The notes beneath the pieces are model-generated. The model did not search any database. It saw nothing but the letters and a program-made list of their open reading frames with translations, and was not told the origin of the DNA. Source: Candidatus Eiseniibacteriota bacterium (GTDB taxonomy: Bacteria; Eisenbacteria; RBG-16-71-46; JABDJR01). From it: a stretch of 64,000 nucleotides of DNA. Shown here piece by piece: positions 35,514-45,061 of the stretch. Where the stretch lies: NCBI GenBank assembly GCA_963783375.1, contig CAWANH010000028.1:384001-448000 (forward strand), in the 5' to 3' direction. Numbering within the stretch: the stretch's first letter is position 1; the number at the start of each line of letters is the position of its first letter. The translations under genes and the position numbers were made by a program.

Positions 35514-37939
35514 GCGAGGACCGCCGCCGCGGAACCGAACGCCGGAAGCTCTCCCGGTCCGCCTCCCCGGGGCGGCGGAACTACGATTCGCCCGGCGCCG
35601 AATCCGACCCGCTCAGGACCCTCGTCGTCCTCGATCGCCTCGAGGTAGGTCCCCCCAAGGTGGAGACGCGCCGGGTGGTCACGCCCTATACGGTGCGGGC
35701 GGGAAAGACCGTGGATACCTTCGAGTTCGTCTACCGGTACGAGGAGGACGTGTTCGACCCCTCCGAGGCCGGCTCGGTGAACCTGGCCGCCATGCTCACC
35801 GCCCAGCTCGCCCTCAACTACGGCCTCTTCGCCCGGGAGATCGCCTTCGCCGGCCCCTTCGACCGCCACGACCGGCGCTTCCTCACCGACATGGCCCGGA
35901 ACACCGCCCGCGAGATCTACGTGAAGAAGTTCCTGGAGCCGAACCCCTTCCTGACCGGGGCGGCGGCGGAGCTTCCGGCGGTGGAGCGGGAGAGCTACCT
36001 GGCCGCCGAACTCGAGTTCCCGGACGCCGAGGAGCCCGGGCGGAAAGGCGGCCCGCGAGCGGAGCCGTGGAGGAGCGACCCCGCGCGCCATGCCGTCCTC
36101 TCCAGCGGCGGGAAGGACAGCCTCCTCTCCTTCGGGCTCCTCCGGGAGATGGGGAAGGAACCGCACCCGATCTTCGTGAACGAATCGGGGAAGCACTGGT
36201 TCACCGCCTTGAACGCCTACCAGGCCCAGGCCGCGCGCTATTCGGAAACCGCGCGGGTCTGGACCAACTCCGACCGGCTCTTCGCCTGGATGGCCCGCCG
36301 GCTCCCCTTCATTCGCGAGGACTTCCAGAAGCTCCGCTCCGATGAGTACCCGGTGCGGCTCTGGACAGTGGCGGTGTTCCTGTTCGGTGCGCTCCCGCTG
36401 CTCCGCAAACGCGGGATCGGACGTATCGTTATCGGGGACGAGTACGATACCTCGCGGAAGGTCACCACCCGGGGGATTCCCCACTACGACGGCCTCTACG
36501 ACCAGAGCGCCTACTTCGATCATGCCCTCTCCCGCTACTACCGGCTGAAAGGCTGGGGGCTCTCCCAGTTCTCCATCCTCCGTCCCCTTTCGGAGATGCT
36601 GATCGAGAAGACCCTGGTCGAGCGCTATCCCGACCTGCAGAAGGACCAGGTCTCCTGTCACGCCGCCCACAAGGAGGAAGACCGGGTCCATCCCTGCGGA
36701 CAGTGCGAGAAGTGCCGGCGGATCGTGTCGATGCTCACCGCCTTCGAGGCCGACCCGGGGCGCTGCGGCTACTCCCCGGAACAGATCCAGCGGTGCCTCA
36801 AATGGGTGGCGGAGAAGGGCGTGCACCAGGTCAGCGGCGACGCCGAACACCTGGCCTTTCTCCTGGAATCCAGCGGGAAGATCGGCGGACCATCGCCCGG
36901 TCTCCCCCCGGCCCGCGAACACCCCGAGATCATGCAGCTCCGCTTCGACCCCGACCGCTCACCGGTGACGGCGATCCCGGTGGACCTGCGCGAGCCCCTG
37001 TACCGCATCCTGCTGGAGCATGCCCGGGGCGCGGTGCGAAAGAGCGGCCGGGTGTGGATCGACTACGATCTCCTCGCCGATCCCGCGCTCATGCGGCCCT
37101 ACCGGTTCGAGTCGCCGGGGAAGGGAACCGTGGAGATCTCGGGGAAGGACGCCGGGCCCCGCGCCTATCTCCTGGGCGAGCTCACCTGGCCCCAGGCCGA
37201 AACCCTGCTCAAGACGGTGGACGTGGCGCTCCTCCCGGTGGGCTCCATCGAACAGCACGGACCCCACCTGCCGCTCGACACCGACGCCTTCGACGCGGAC
37301 TACCTCTCGCGGGAGGTGGCCAAGGCCTGCAGCGACCCCAAGCCGCTGGTGCTTCCCCTCATCCCCTACGGGGTCTCCTACCATCACGATGATTTCAAGG
37401 GGACCCTGAGCATCAGTCCCGAGACCCTTTCCCGGCTGGTGTTCGAGATCGGAATGAACGCGGCCCGGAACGGCATCGCCAAGCTGGTGATCGTGAACGG
37501 CCACGGCGGGAACGCCCCCAGCCTCCACTTCGCCGCCCAGATGATCAACCGCGACGCCCACATCTTCACCTGTGTGGATACCGGCGAGTCGAGCGATCAG
37601 GAGCTGGAGGCGATGAGCGAGACCCAGAACGACGTCCATGCCGGGGAGATCGAGACCAGCACCACGCTGGCCGTGCGGCCGGGCCTGGTGGATCTCAAGC
37701 GGGTCAAGAAGTTCATCCCCCGCTTCTCCAACGACTACCTGGAGTTCAGCTCGGGCCGGAGCGTGGGATGGTACGCCCGCACGGCCAAGATCTCCTCCAG
37801 CGGGGTGATGGGCGACCCCACCAAGGCGAGCCGGGAGAAGGGGGAGAAGATGTGGGCGGTCATGATCAAGAACCTGGTCGAGTTGGTGGAGGACATCAAG
37901 GGGATGAGCCTCGACGAGATCTACCACTCCCGGTTGTGA
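35510..37939 (+). CDS. Fusion of PP-loop ATPase (QueC/MurL-like) domain and creatininase-family amidohydrolase
   Basis: VLSSGGKDS, SCH...PCGQCEKC; C-terminal LPVGSIEQHGPHLPLDTD, NGHGGN, HAGEIETS, SGVMGDP. Confidence 0.8.
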   Translation: MSEDRRRGTERRKLSRSASPGRRNYDSPGAESDPLRTLVVLDRLEVGPPKVETRRVVTPYTVRAGKTVDTFEFVYRYEEDVFDPSEAGSVNLAAMLTAQLALNYGLFAREIAFAGPFDRHDRRFLTDMARNTAREIYVKKFLEPNPFLTGAAAELPAVERESYLAAELEFPDAEEPGRKGGPRAEPWRSDPARHAVLSSGGKDSLLSFGLLREMGKEPHPIFVNESGKHWFTALNAYQAQAARYSETARVWTNSDRLFAWMARRLPFIREDFQKLRSDEYPVRLWTVAVFLFGALPLLRKRGIGRIVIGDEYDTSRKVTTRGIPHYDGLYDQSAYFDHALSRYYRLKGWGLSQFSILRPLSEMLIEKTLVERYPDLQKDQVSCHAAHKEEDRVHPCGQCEKCRRIVSMLTAFEADPGRCGYSPEQIQRCLKWVAEKGVHQVSGDAEHLAFLLESSGKIGGPSPGLPPAREHPEIMQLRFDPDRSPVTAIPVDLREPLYRILLEHARGAVRKSGRVWIDYDLLADPALMRPYRFESPGKGTVEISGKDAGPRAYLLGELTWPQAETLLKTVDVALLPVGSIEQHGPHLPLDTDAFDADYLSREVAKACSDPKPLVLPLIPYGVSYHHDDFKGTLSISPETLSRLVFEIGMNAARNGIAKLVIVNGHGGNAPSLHFAAQMINRDAHIFTCVDTGESSDQELEAMSETQNDVHAGEIETSTTLAVRPGLVDLKRVKKFIPRFSNDYLEFSSGRSVGWYARTAKISSSGVMGDPTKASREKGEKMWAVMIKNLVELVEDIKGMSLDEIYHSRL

Positions 37940-37949
37940 GGAGGCGGCG

Positions 37950-39020
37950 GTGAAGATCATCCGGGTGGAGGCCGAGGCGGTCTCCATGCGTCTCTCCGAG
38001 CCCTACTCGATCGCCTACGAATCGGTGGATACCGCGGTCAACGTCATGCTCCGGGTCGAGACCGACACCGGCCTCGTCGGTCTCGGGTGTTCGGCCCCCG
38101 ACCAGCCGGTGACCGGCGAGACCCCGGAGTCGGTGCTCCGGGCGGTGGACGGGATCGCCGCTCCCGCGCTCCGGGGCGAGGATCCCCTGTGCTGGACCCG
38201 GCTCCTCGAGCGTCTGCGGGAACCGATGGCGATCCGGCCCGCGGCCCTGGCCGGGGTGGACATGGCCCTCTTCGACCTCCTGGGGAAGGCGGCGGGGATC
38301 GGGGTATGGAAGATCCTGGGAGGATACCGCGACCGCATCGAGACCTCGGTCACCATCGGGATCCTCCCCGAGGCGGAGACCGTGGCCCGGGCCCGGGCCC
38401 GCGCCGCCGAGGGTTTCCGCCGGATCAAGATGAAGGGAGGCCTCGACGTGGAGCTCGACATCGCCCGGGTGCGGCGGGTCCGCGAGGCCCTGGGGGACGG
38501 GGTGGAGCTCCGGTTCGACGCCAACCAGGGCTACTCGGTGGACCAGGCGCTCCGGTTCGTGGACGGAACCAAGGCGGCCCGGCTGGAGATCCTGGAACAA
38601 CCCACCCCCCGAGGCGAGCCCGACCTCATGGGACGGGTGACCCGCGAGGCCGCGGTCCCGGTCATGGCCGACGAGAGCCTGATGACCCTCCGCGACGTGT
38701 ACAACCTCGCCCGTCGCGAGCTCGCCGACATGGTGAACGTGAAGCTCATGAAGGTGGGGGGGATCGCCGAGGCGCTCCAGATCAACGGGGTGGCCCGTTC
38801 GGCCGGGCTCGAGGTCATGGTGGGCTGCATGGACGAGGCCGCCCTGGGCATCGCGGCGGGTCTTCACTTCGCCCTGTCCCGCCCCAACGTGGAGTACGCC
38901 GACCTGGACGGACACCTGGGGCTCATCGGGGATCCCAGCGAGGGAGCGGTGATCCTCCGTGACGGCACCCTCTACCCGAGCCAGGGTCCCGGGTTCGGCT
39001 GGGAGCCGGCCGGACCCTGA
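37950..39020 (+). CDS. L-Ala-D/L-Glu dipeptide epimerase family (enolase superfamily, DgcA-like)
   Basis: KMK, DANQGY, EQP, ADES, NVKLMKVGG, GCMDE, DLDG. Confidence 0.9.
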   Translation: MKIIRVEAEAVSMRLSEPYSIAYESVDTAVNVMLRVETDTGLVGLGCSAPDQPVTGETPESVLRAVDGIAAPALRGEDPLCWTRLLERLREPMAIRPAALAGVDMALFDLLGKAAGIGVWKILGGYRDRIETSVTIGILPEAETVARARARAAEGFRRIKMKGGLDVELDIARVRRVREALGDGVELRFDANQGYSVDQALRFVDGTKAARLEILEQPTPRGEPDLMGRVTREAAVPVMADESLMTLRDVYNLARRELADMVNVKLMKVGGIAEALQINGVARSAGLEVMVGCMDEAALGIAAGLHFALSRPNVEYADLDGHLGLIGDPSEGAVILRDGTLYPSQGPGFGWEPAGP

Positions 39021-39081
39021 CGCCCTCCACGGGGGCGGTCCGCGCCGTGCCCGGGCGCCGGAGGCCTCGATCGGGCTTCGA

Positions 39082-40122
39082 TCAGGAAGGAACGGAGACC
39101 GTGGCCCCGCTCGGGGTCGCCGGCTGCCGGGCCGCCTTGAACCCCACCATCCGGCCGCTCTTGTCGTCGAAGAGACGCAGCCCCAGGGTGTGAAAGCTCG
39201 ACCGGAAGGTGATGGTCGGCGCCTTCTGAAACTCGGGGTTCTCCCGATGGCAGGCCTCGAGCCGGTAGTTGGGAATCCGGGCGTTCAGATGATGGATGTG
39301 GTGGAACCCGATGTTCCCGGAGAACCACTGCATGATCCGGGGGAGGTGGAAGTAGGAGCTTCCCTCCATGGCCGTCCGCGCGTAGTCCCAATCGTCATGA
39401 TGACGCCAGTAGACCCCGTCGAACTGGTGCTGGACGTAGAAGAGCCAGATCCCCGCGCTCCCGGACATCAGGAACACCGGCAGGTGCACGAGGACGTAGG
39501 CCTTCCATCCGATGGTGAGGCAGAGGGCGGTGACCGCGGCCGCGAGGGCCAGGTTCGTCCAGTGCACGCTCAGCTTCTCCCGCCGGCCGCCCTTGGGATG
39601 TGGAAAGCGGTTCACAATGACGAACATGAGGAACGGGCCTACGAAGAGCATGAAGAACGGGTTCCGGAAGAACCAGTAGGCCAGGCGGGTGAATCGTGGC
39701 GCCGCGCGGTACTCCTCCACGGTCATGGTCCAGACGTCGCCCACCCCCCTCCGGTCGAGATCGCCGGCGGTGGCGTGATGGATGGCGTGCTCGTGCCACC
39801 ACTGATAGTTCGGGGTCAGGGTGAAGACCCCGGCGACGAACCCCATCAGATCGTTGACGCGGCGGGAAGGGAAGAACGATCCGTGGCCGCAATCATGGAA
39901 GATGATGAAGATGCGAACCAGGAAGCCGGCCGCGACCACCGCCAACCCGAGGGTCAGCCAGTAGGAGACCGAGAGGCTCTTCACCATCAGGATCCAGAGG
40001 GCGATATAGGGGATGAAGGAGTTCGCCACCTGCCAGAGGCTCCGGCGGAGATCGGGGCCCTGGTATCGGGCCATGGAGCGGGCGGACAGGTTCTCGGAGA
40101 GCGATGAGCTGGATGATTTCAA
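39082..40122 (-). CDS. Membrane fatty acid desaturase (Bacillus Des-like)
   Basis: His boxes HDCGH, HAIHH, HHIHH; start is TTG 40122 or ATG 40074. Confidence 0.9.
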   Translation of the reverse strand: MKSSSSSLSENLSARSMARYQGPDLRRSLWQVANSFIPYIALWILMVKSLSVSYWLTLGLAVVAAGFLVRIFIIFHDCGHGSFFPSRRVNDLMGFVAGVFTLTPNYQWWHEHAIHHATAGDLDRRGVGDVWTMTVEEYRAAPRFTRLAYWFFRNPFFMLFVGPFLMFVIVNRFPHPKGGRREKLSVHWTNLALAAAVTALCLTIGWKAYVLVHLPVFLMSGSAGIWLFYVQHQFDGVYWRHHDDWDYARTAMEGSSYFHLPRIMQWFSGNIGFHHIHHLNARIPNYRLEACHRENPEFQKAPTITFRSSFHTLGLRLFDDKSGRMVGFKAARQPATPSGATVSVPS

Positions 40123-40308
40123 AATGTGCTGTTCTTTCAGGTGCCCAACCGGGGGGCAAGGTCGAGGCTTTGGTGCTCGCCCTTACACGGAGATACCCGG
40201 AACTCGCACCCGAAGTTCCCTTGGAACGACGGTCGAGACCCGCGGCGCCCGCAGAGGCGACGCAACCCCTCTTCCCGGGGCCCTCCTGACACCCTGGAAC
40301 GGGACTAT

Positions 40309-40350
40309 AAAAAGAAAGGCCGGGGCCGGCGAAACCGCCGGGCCCCGGCC
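40309..40350 (-). terminator. Intrinsic terminator after the RRM gene
   Basis: GC-rich stem GGCCGGGGCC...GCCCCGGCC followed by TTTCTTTTT on the minus strand. Confidence 0.75.
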
Positions 40351-40421
40351 CAAGGTTCCACCCAGATCCGCGCTCCGGTCAAACGCCAATCAGGCGCGAC
40401 CCGGCGCGGCTCGGGTTGGAT

Positions 40422-40709
40422 CTACCAGCGCGAGCGGCCACCGCCGCCGCCGCCACGGTTCGACTCGCGCGGACGAGCCTCGTTCACGGTCAGATTCCGA
40501 CCGCCGAACTCCTTCTGGTCGAGCGCACTGACGGCCGCGTCGGCCCCTTCCGCAGCCATCTCCACGAAACCGAAACCGCGCGGGCGGCCGGTGTCGCGGT
40601 CGGTGATGAGATTCACCGACTCGACGGTGCCGTACTGAGAGAACAGGTCGCGGATGTCTTCCTCGGTCGCATTGAAAGGAAGGTTACCGACGTAGAGCTT
40701 CTTGGACAT
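40422..40709 (-). CDS. RRM RNA-binding protein with Gly-rich tail
   Basis: KLYVGNL (RNP2), RGFGFVEM (RNP1), VNEARPR, GGGGGG. Confidence 0.95.
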   Translation of the reverse strand: MSKKLYVGNLPFNATEEDIRDLFSQYGTVESVNLITDRDTGRPRGFGFVEMAAEGADAAVSALDQKEFGGRNLTVNEARPRESNRGGGGGGRSRW

Positions 40710-41134
40710 TTTTCCTCACTTCGCCCGCTCGAATCCGGGCTCACTGACAGCGGCCCCCACGGGGACCTAGCTAGCGTAAGCGCTCACCGTGCACGAGGCA
40801 TGGGTAACGCGCATGGACTTCAACCCAACGGGAACGAAGGGAATTCGGCGGAGACTCGGGAGGATCCGCGGAGACGATCCACGGTACTTCAGAGGAAACC
40901 AACCCAACTACCTCGGTCCACTCCACCCCACACTTCTCCACAAATTTACGGCCGAGAATTGGGAAACACAAGAAATTTCGTCCAGGATCCGGGATCGTGG
41001 GGGGATTCTTTCCCCCCTTGCCGGGCCGGACCGGCTCGGCGCCGGGGGTGCCTTGGAAAACTAACCTGCAACGTGCCAATAGCTTGAAGGCGCACCGGTG
41101 GACGGGAACCCCTGGGGGTGCCCGACATCCGGCC

Positions 41135-41797
41135 CTAGGGCGCGTCTTGCGCTTCGGGCTCCGCCGCCGGGGCCTCGAGCCCCAGGGTCTCCCGCACCCG
41201 GGCCAGGCGCTCCCGGGCGTCCCCGTCCCAGGAAGCGGGATCGGCCACCGGCGAAGGGAGGGTGGGGAGGCGCCCGGCGGGGCGGAAGCCTTCCAGCTCC
41301 AGGAGTGCCTTCACCCGGGTCTCGTTCCAGGTCCCGGTGCGGATCTCCAGGGTCCCGAAACGGTCCAGAAAGAGTTCCACCCCCTCGGTGGGCGAGAACA
41401 CGGCCAGGTCCACCACCCCCCGGCCCCAGAGATCGCGGAGCTGGAGGAGCGCGCCCAGCACGCGGCCTCGGTCCAGCCCCTGGGCGGACCACTCCCGGGA
41501 GGGACCGTGAACCTCGACCAGCACCACCCCGAAAACCCCGGTCAGGGCGCGCACCGTCTCCACCATCACCTGAACCGCCCCGGGCTGATCCCCCCGGGCG
41601 GTGAAGTAGAGCACGCCGTCGGGAGCGGGGCGCACCGAGTAGGAGGGAAACTCGGGGCCCGGCCGCCGGCGCCGCCGGGGCCAGAGCCGCCGGGGCCAGC
41701 TGCGCCAGGCCCCCAGCCGCTTCCGGAGCCGGAGCCGGAGCCCGGGGCAGGGCTCGGGCCGGGGTTCCGGACCGGCGGGCGGACGAACCAGCCTCAC
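41135..41797 (-). CDS. Hypothetical protein
   Basis: GTG overlaps the amylase stop; globular-looking C-terminal region (VELFLDRFGTLEI). Confidence 0.5.
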   Translation of the reverse strand: MRLVRPPAGPEPRPEPCPGLRLRLRKRLGAWRSWPRRLWPRRRRRPGPEFPSYSVRPAPDGVLYFTARGDQPGAVQVMVETVRALTGVFGVVLVEVHGPSREWSAQGLDRGRVLGALLQLRDLWGRGVVDLAVFSPTEGVELFLDRFGTLEIRTGTWNETRVKALLELEGFRPAGRLPTLPSPVADPASWDGDARERLARVRETLGLEAPAAEPEAQDAP

Positions 41798-44700
41798 CGA
41801 AGCACCACCCGGGCCGCGGCCACCGGCCGCTCGTCGACGACCAGGCGCAGGAAGTAGACCCCGCGGGCGATCCCCACCCCGCGAAGATCGATGGAGACGG
41901 TGTCGGTTCCCGCCTCGAGCGGCCCGCTGAAGGGGACCGCGACTTCCCGCCCCTGGAGGTCGTACATCACGAGTCGCGCGGTTCCCCCGCGCTCCAGGTT
42001 CACCTCCACGCGACCGGCGCCGGTGAGCGGGTTGGGAAAGACCCGGAGCCGGACCGTCGGCGGGGGCGGCGTTCCTTCCGTTCCCACCTGGGTGTCGGAA
42101 GCGATGCGGATGATCCTCGCGGTGGCGTTTCCGCCGCTGGTGTCGGTGAAGGGCTCGCCGGAGCCGGTGTCCACCACGAAGAGCGCGCCGTCGGTCCCGA
42201 TCGCCAGGCAGTCGCTGGAGAAGAGGTTCCCGAAGCCCGAGGCAAGCACGCTGATCGCCCCCTGGGGGGTCACCCGGAGCACCCGCTCCAGGGCGATGTC
42301 GGCCACCAGGAGATCTCCCCCGAAGCCCCCGCCGGTGTCCACCAGGAGCGCGGACGCTCCTCCGAGAAGGGCGGCATCCTGGACGAAGGGGCTCAGGGTT
42401 CCGGCGGCGTCCACGGTCAGGATGGCCCCCGGTCCGTCGATGCTCGACGCGTAGGCGGTGAGATCGGGGTCGGCGACCAGGAGCTTCTCGCCCCCACCGA
42501 AGAGCCCCCATCCCGGGGTCACCCCTTCGAACCCGTTCACCGGGGAGGCGAAGGGGACGAAGCCCGTCCCCGGCTCGTAGCGCTCCACCCGGTTCGAGGC
42601 GCTGGTGCCGAGATACGGGTACCCCCCGAAGACCCCGGGGGGAAGCGAGGCCAGCGCCCCGGTGTTGGTGCTGCTCGTCCCGGGGGCGATCTGGCTCACC
42701 GCCCCGGCCGCGGTCACCCGGAGGAGTCCGTTCACGTCGGCCACCAGGAGATCGCCCCCCCACTGTCCGCCGTGGTCGAAGTCCAGCCCCTCGGGTTTCC
42801 CCAGCAGGGCATCGGTGGCGAGCGTCGTCACCCCGCCCACCGGGGTCACGCGAAGGATGCGGTGCCCGCCGGCGTCCCCCACGAAGAAGTCGCTCCCCCA
42901 GGCCCCGCCCTCGCCGAGGGCGATTCCCTCCGGGGTACCGAGGGCGCTCCCCGAGGCCAGAACCTCGGCATGATAGCCGGGGGCCACGGTGAGCCCGGGC
43001 GCTCCCCCCGCGATCACGAAGAACGTCTCGAAGGCGGCGGTGGGGTGGTCGCCGCCCGAAGCGGCGGTGGCGGACGGCGCCAGCCGCACGGTCAACCGGG
43101 TGCCGTCGGCGATGTCGGCGGAGGGGGTGAAGGTCACCGCGGAGTCCGCCTCCCAGGAGAAGCTCCCGGAGACCGGCGGGTCCAGGCCGAGCGCCGCCTC
43201 GACCGACGCGTGATCCATGCTCCGGTTGAAGCCCAGCCGGATGGGCGGGCGGGAGAGGCTCACGGTATCGCCGTGGGCGGGAGACTGGCTCCAGACCACC
43301 GGGGTCTCGGGCACGACCGCCGCGGACCGCACCAGAACCCGCGCCGAGCGGGCGGGCACGCTCACGTTCACCACCCCCGCCGCCTGCGCGTTCCGGCTGA
43401 AGGCCGGGTCGAGGAGATCGGCCAGCGCTTCCCCCGACGACCATCCGGTGGCCAGCGCCCCGCTCGACCGGACCGAGGTCTCGGTGTTGATCACCACCAC
43501 CACGTTCTCGCTCGCGCCGGACCGGCGGAAGGCGTAGATCCCGGGCGAGCCCTCGCTGGCCAGCTCGGTGAACCCCCCGGTCCGGAGCGCGTCGTAGTGG
43601 GCGCGGATGTCCAGCAACCGCCGGGTGGTGAGGTAGAGGGGGTGGGTCATGTTGAAGTTGTCGCCCACGCTGGGGCCGTAGTCCCACTCCCCGTCCCACA
43701 TGTCCTCGCGGTCGTAGGGATCGCCCCCGCCGTCGAACCCCTGCTCCGTCCCCTGGTAGACGCAGGGCACCCCGCGGGTGAGGAGGAGGAAGTCCAGCGC
43801 GGTCCGGAGCTTCGACCAGTCCTGGCTCGCCACCCCCGCACTCAGGAACCGCGACACGTCGTGGTTGTCGAGGAAGCCCACCAGCCGGTCGCGGGCCGCC
43901 GGGTCGTAGTCCCCCAGGTTCGCGTAGCGGTTGGTGATCTCATCGGTCGGCCCCCCCTGCCCGAAGACGTACCTCATGGTGTAGTGCATCGGGAAATAGA
44001 GGACGGAGTTGAGGGCGAAAGCGCCTCCGGCCTCGGTGCCGGTGTAGGAGCCGCACTTGGCGTCGCTCCCGTCGAACACCTCGCCGTAGAAGAAGAAGTT
44101 GCTCTTGCCGAGGCTGTCGGCGTGGGCCCGGACCGCCGGGGTCCAGGTCTGCCAGAACGCCATGTCCACGTGCTTCACGGTGTCGATCCGGAACCCGTCG
44201 CAGTCGGTGACGTCGATCAGCCACCGGGTGGCGTTCACCAGGGCGTTTCGCACCGTGGGGTCCTCGGTCTTCAGGTCGTCGAGGCCGGCCAGCTCCCCCA
44301 GCACCTGGTCGGGATCCACGTAGTTCTGGATCTCCCCGTTGTTGTGGAACCAGGCCAGGTTGTTGAAGGGGGCGGCGGGGCGGGTCGAGCTTCGCCACTT
44401 GAGGACGTAGGGGCTCGGGTTGTCGTGGAAGGTCGGATACCCCGAGGTCGTCGAGTAGATCATGTTCCCCATGTGATTGGTCACGATGTCGATGATGAGA
44501 TACATGCCGCGGGCGTGGAGGGCGTCGGCCAGGGCGCGGAGCTCGATCTGGGTCCCGAAGTGGGGGGCGATGGCCTCGAAGTCGCGGGCGGCGTAGCCGT
44601 GGTACTCCCCGTTGGCGTTCAGGACCACCGGGCTGATCCACACCGCCTTGAACCCCAGGGACTGGATGTAGTCGAGCTTCTGGAGGACCCCGGCGAAATC

Positions 44701-44928
44701 CCCGCCGTGGACGTTTCCCGGGCGCCAGGTGCCGGTGGTGGATCCGGGGTCGTAGCTCCCCTCGGCGTTGTTGTTGGAGGGATCCCCGTCCCAGAACCGG
44801 TCGGTGAAGATCTGGTAGATGGGGACGGCCCGCCAGTCGGCCGGCGACGGGGTGTACTGGGCCAGCGCGGGGCGGGCGACGCCGAGGGTCGCGGCCAGAA
44901 AGACGAGGGCGACGGTGCCGAGGCGCAT
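41794..44928 (-). CDS. Secreted GH13 alpha-amylase with Ig-like (Big_5) domain, beta-propeller and C-terminal sorting domain
   Basis: IYQIFTDRF, GGDFAG, DIVTNH, DGFRIDTVKH, YGEV, FLDNHD, GTEQ; FNRSMD Ig motif; FPNP...YDLQGR...GVYFLRL. Confidence 0.9.
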   Translation of the reverse strand: MRLGTVALVFLAATLGVARPALAQYTPSPADWRAVPIYQIFTDRFWDGDPSNNNAEGSYDPGSTTGTWRPGNVHGGDFAGVLQKLDYIQSLGFKAVWISPVVLNANGEYHGYAARDFEAIAPHFGTQIELRALADALHARGMYLIIDIVTNHMGNMIYSTTSGYPTFHDNPSPYVLKWRSSTRPAAPFNNLAWFHNNGEIQNYVDPDQVLGELAGLDDLKTEDPTVRNALVNATRWLIDVTDCDGFRIDTVKHVDMAFWQTWTPAVRAHADSLGKSNFFFYGEVFDGSDAKCGSYTGTEAGGAFALNSVLYFPMHYTMRYVFGQGGPTDEITNRYANLGDYDPAARDRLVGFLDNHDVSRFLSAGVASQDWSKLRTALDFLLLTRGVPCVYQGTEQGFDGGGDPYDREDMWDGEWDYGPSVGDNFNMTHPLYLTTRRLLDIRAHYDALRTGGFTELASEGSPGIYAFRRSGASENVVVVINTETSVRSSGALATGWSSGEALADLLDPAFSRNAQAAGVVNVSVPARSARVLVRSAAVVPETPVVWSQSPAHGDTVSLSRPPIRLGFNRSMDHASVEAALGLDPPVSGSFSWEADSAVTFTPSADIADGTRLTVRLAPSATAASGGDHPTAAFETFFVIAGGAPGLTVAPGYHAEVLASGSALGTPEGIALGEGGAWGSDFFVGDAGGHRILRVTPVGGVTTLATDALLGKPEGLDFDHGGQWGGDLLVADVNGLLRVTAAGAVSQIAPGTSSTNTGALASLPPGVFGGYPYLGTSASNRVERYEPGTGFVPFASPVNGFEGVTPGWGLFGGGEKLLVADPDLTAYASSIDGPGAILTVDAAGTLSPFVQDAALLGGASALLVDTGGGFGGDLLVADIALERVLRVTPQGAISVLASGFGNLFSSDCLAIGTDGALFVVDTGSGEPFTDTSGGNATARIIRIASDTQVGTEGTPPPPTVRLRVFPNPLTGAGRVEVNLERGGTARLVMYDLQGREVAVPFSGPLEAGTDTVSIDLRGVGIARGVYFLRLVVDERPVAAARVVLR

Positions 44929-45061
44929 GGAGTCTCCGGGGTGAATTTGGGGGATTCCGGGGCCGGGGAAACCCTGATTCTACCACGACGCCGCAGGCTT
45001 GGACCGGTCCAACCGGGGTCGCCGGGAGCGGCATCTCGCCGGTCGAACACCGCGATTCCGG

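Noticed and set aside
41060-41080. TGGCACG on the minus strand as a sigma54 promoter for the RRM gene
   Set aside because: The -12 GC is not at GG-N10-GC spacing (it reads GT)
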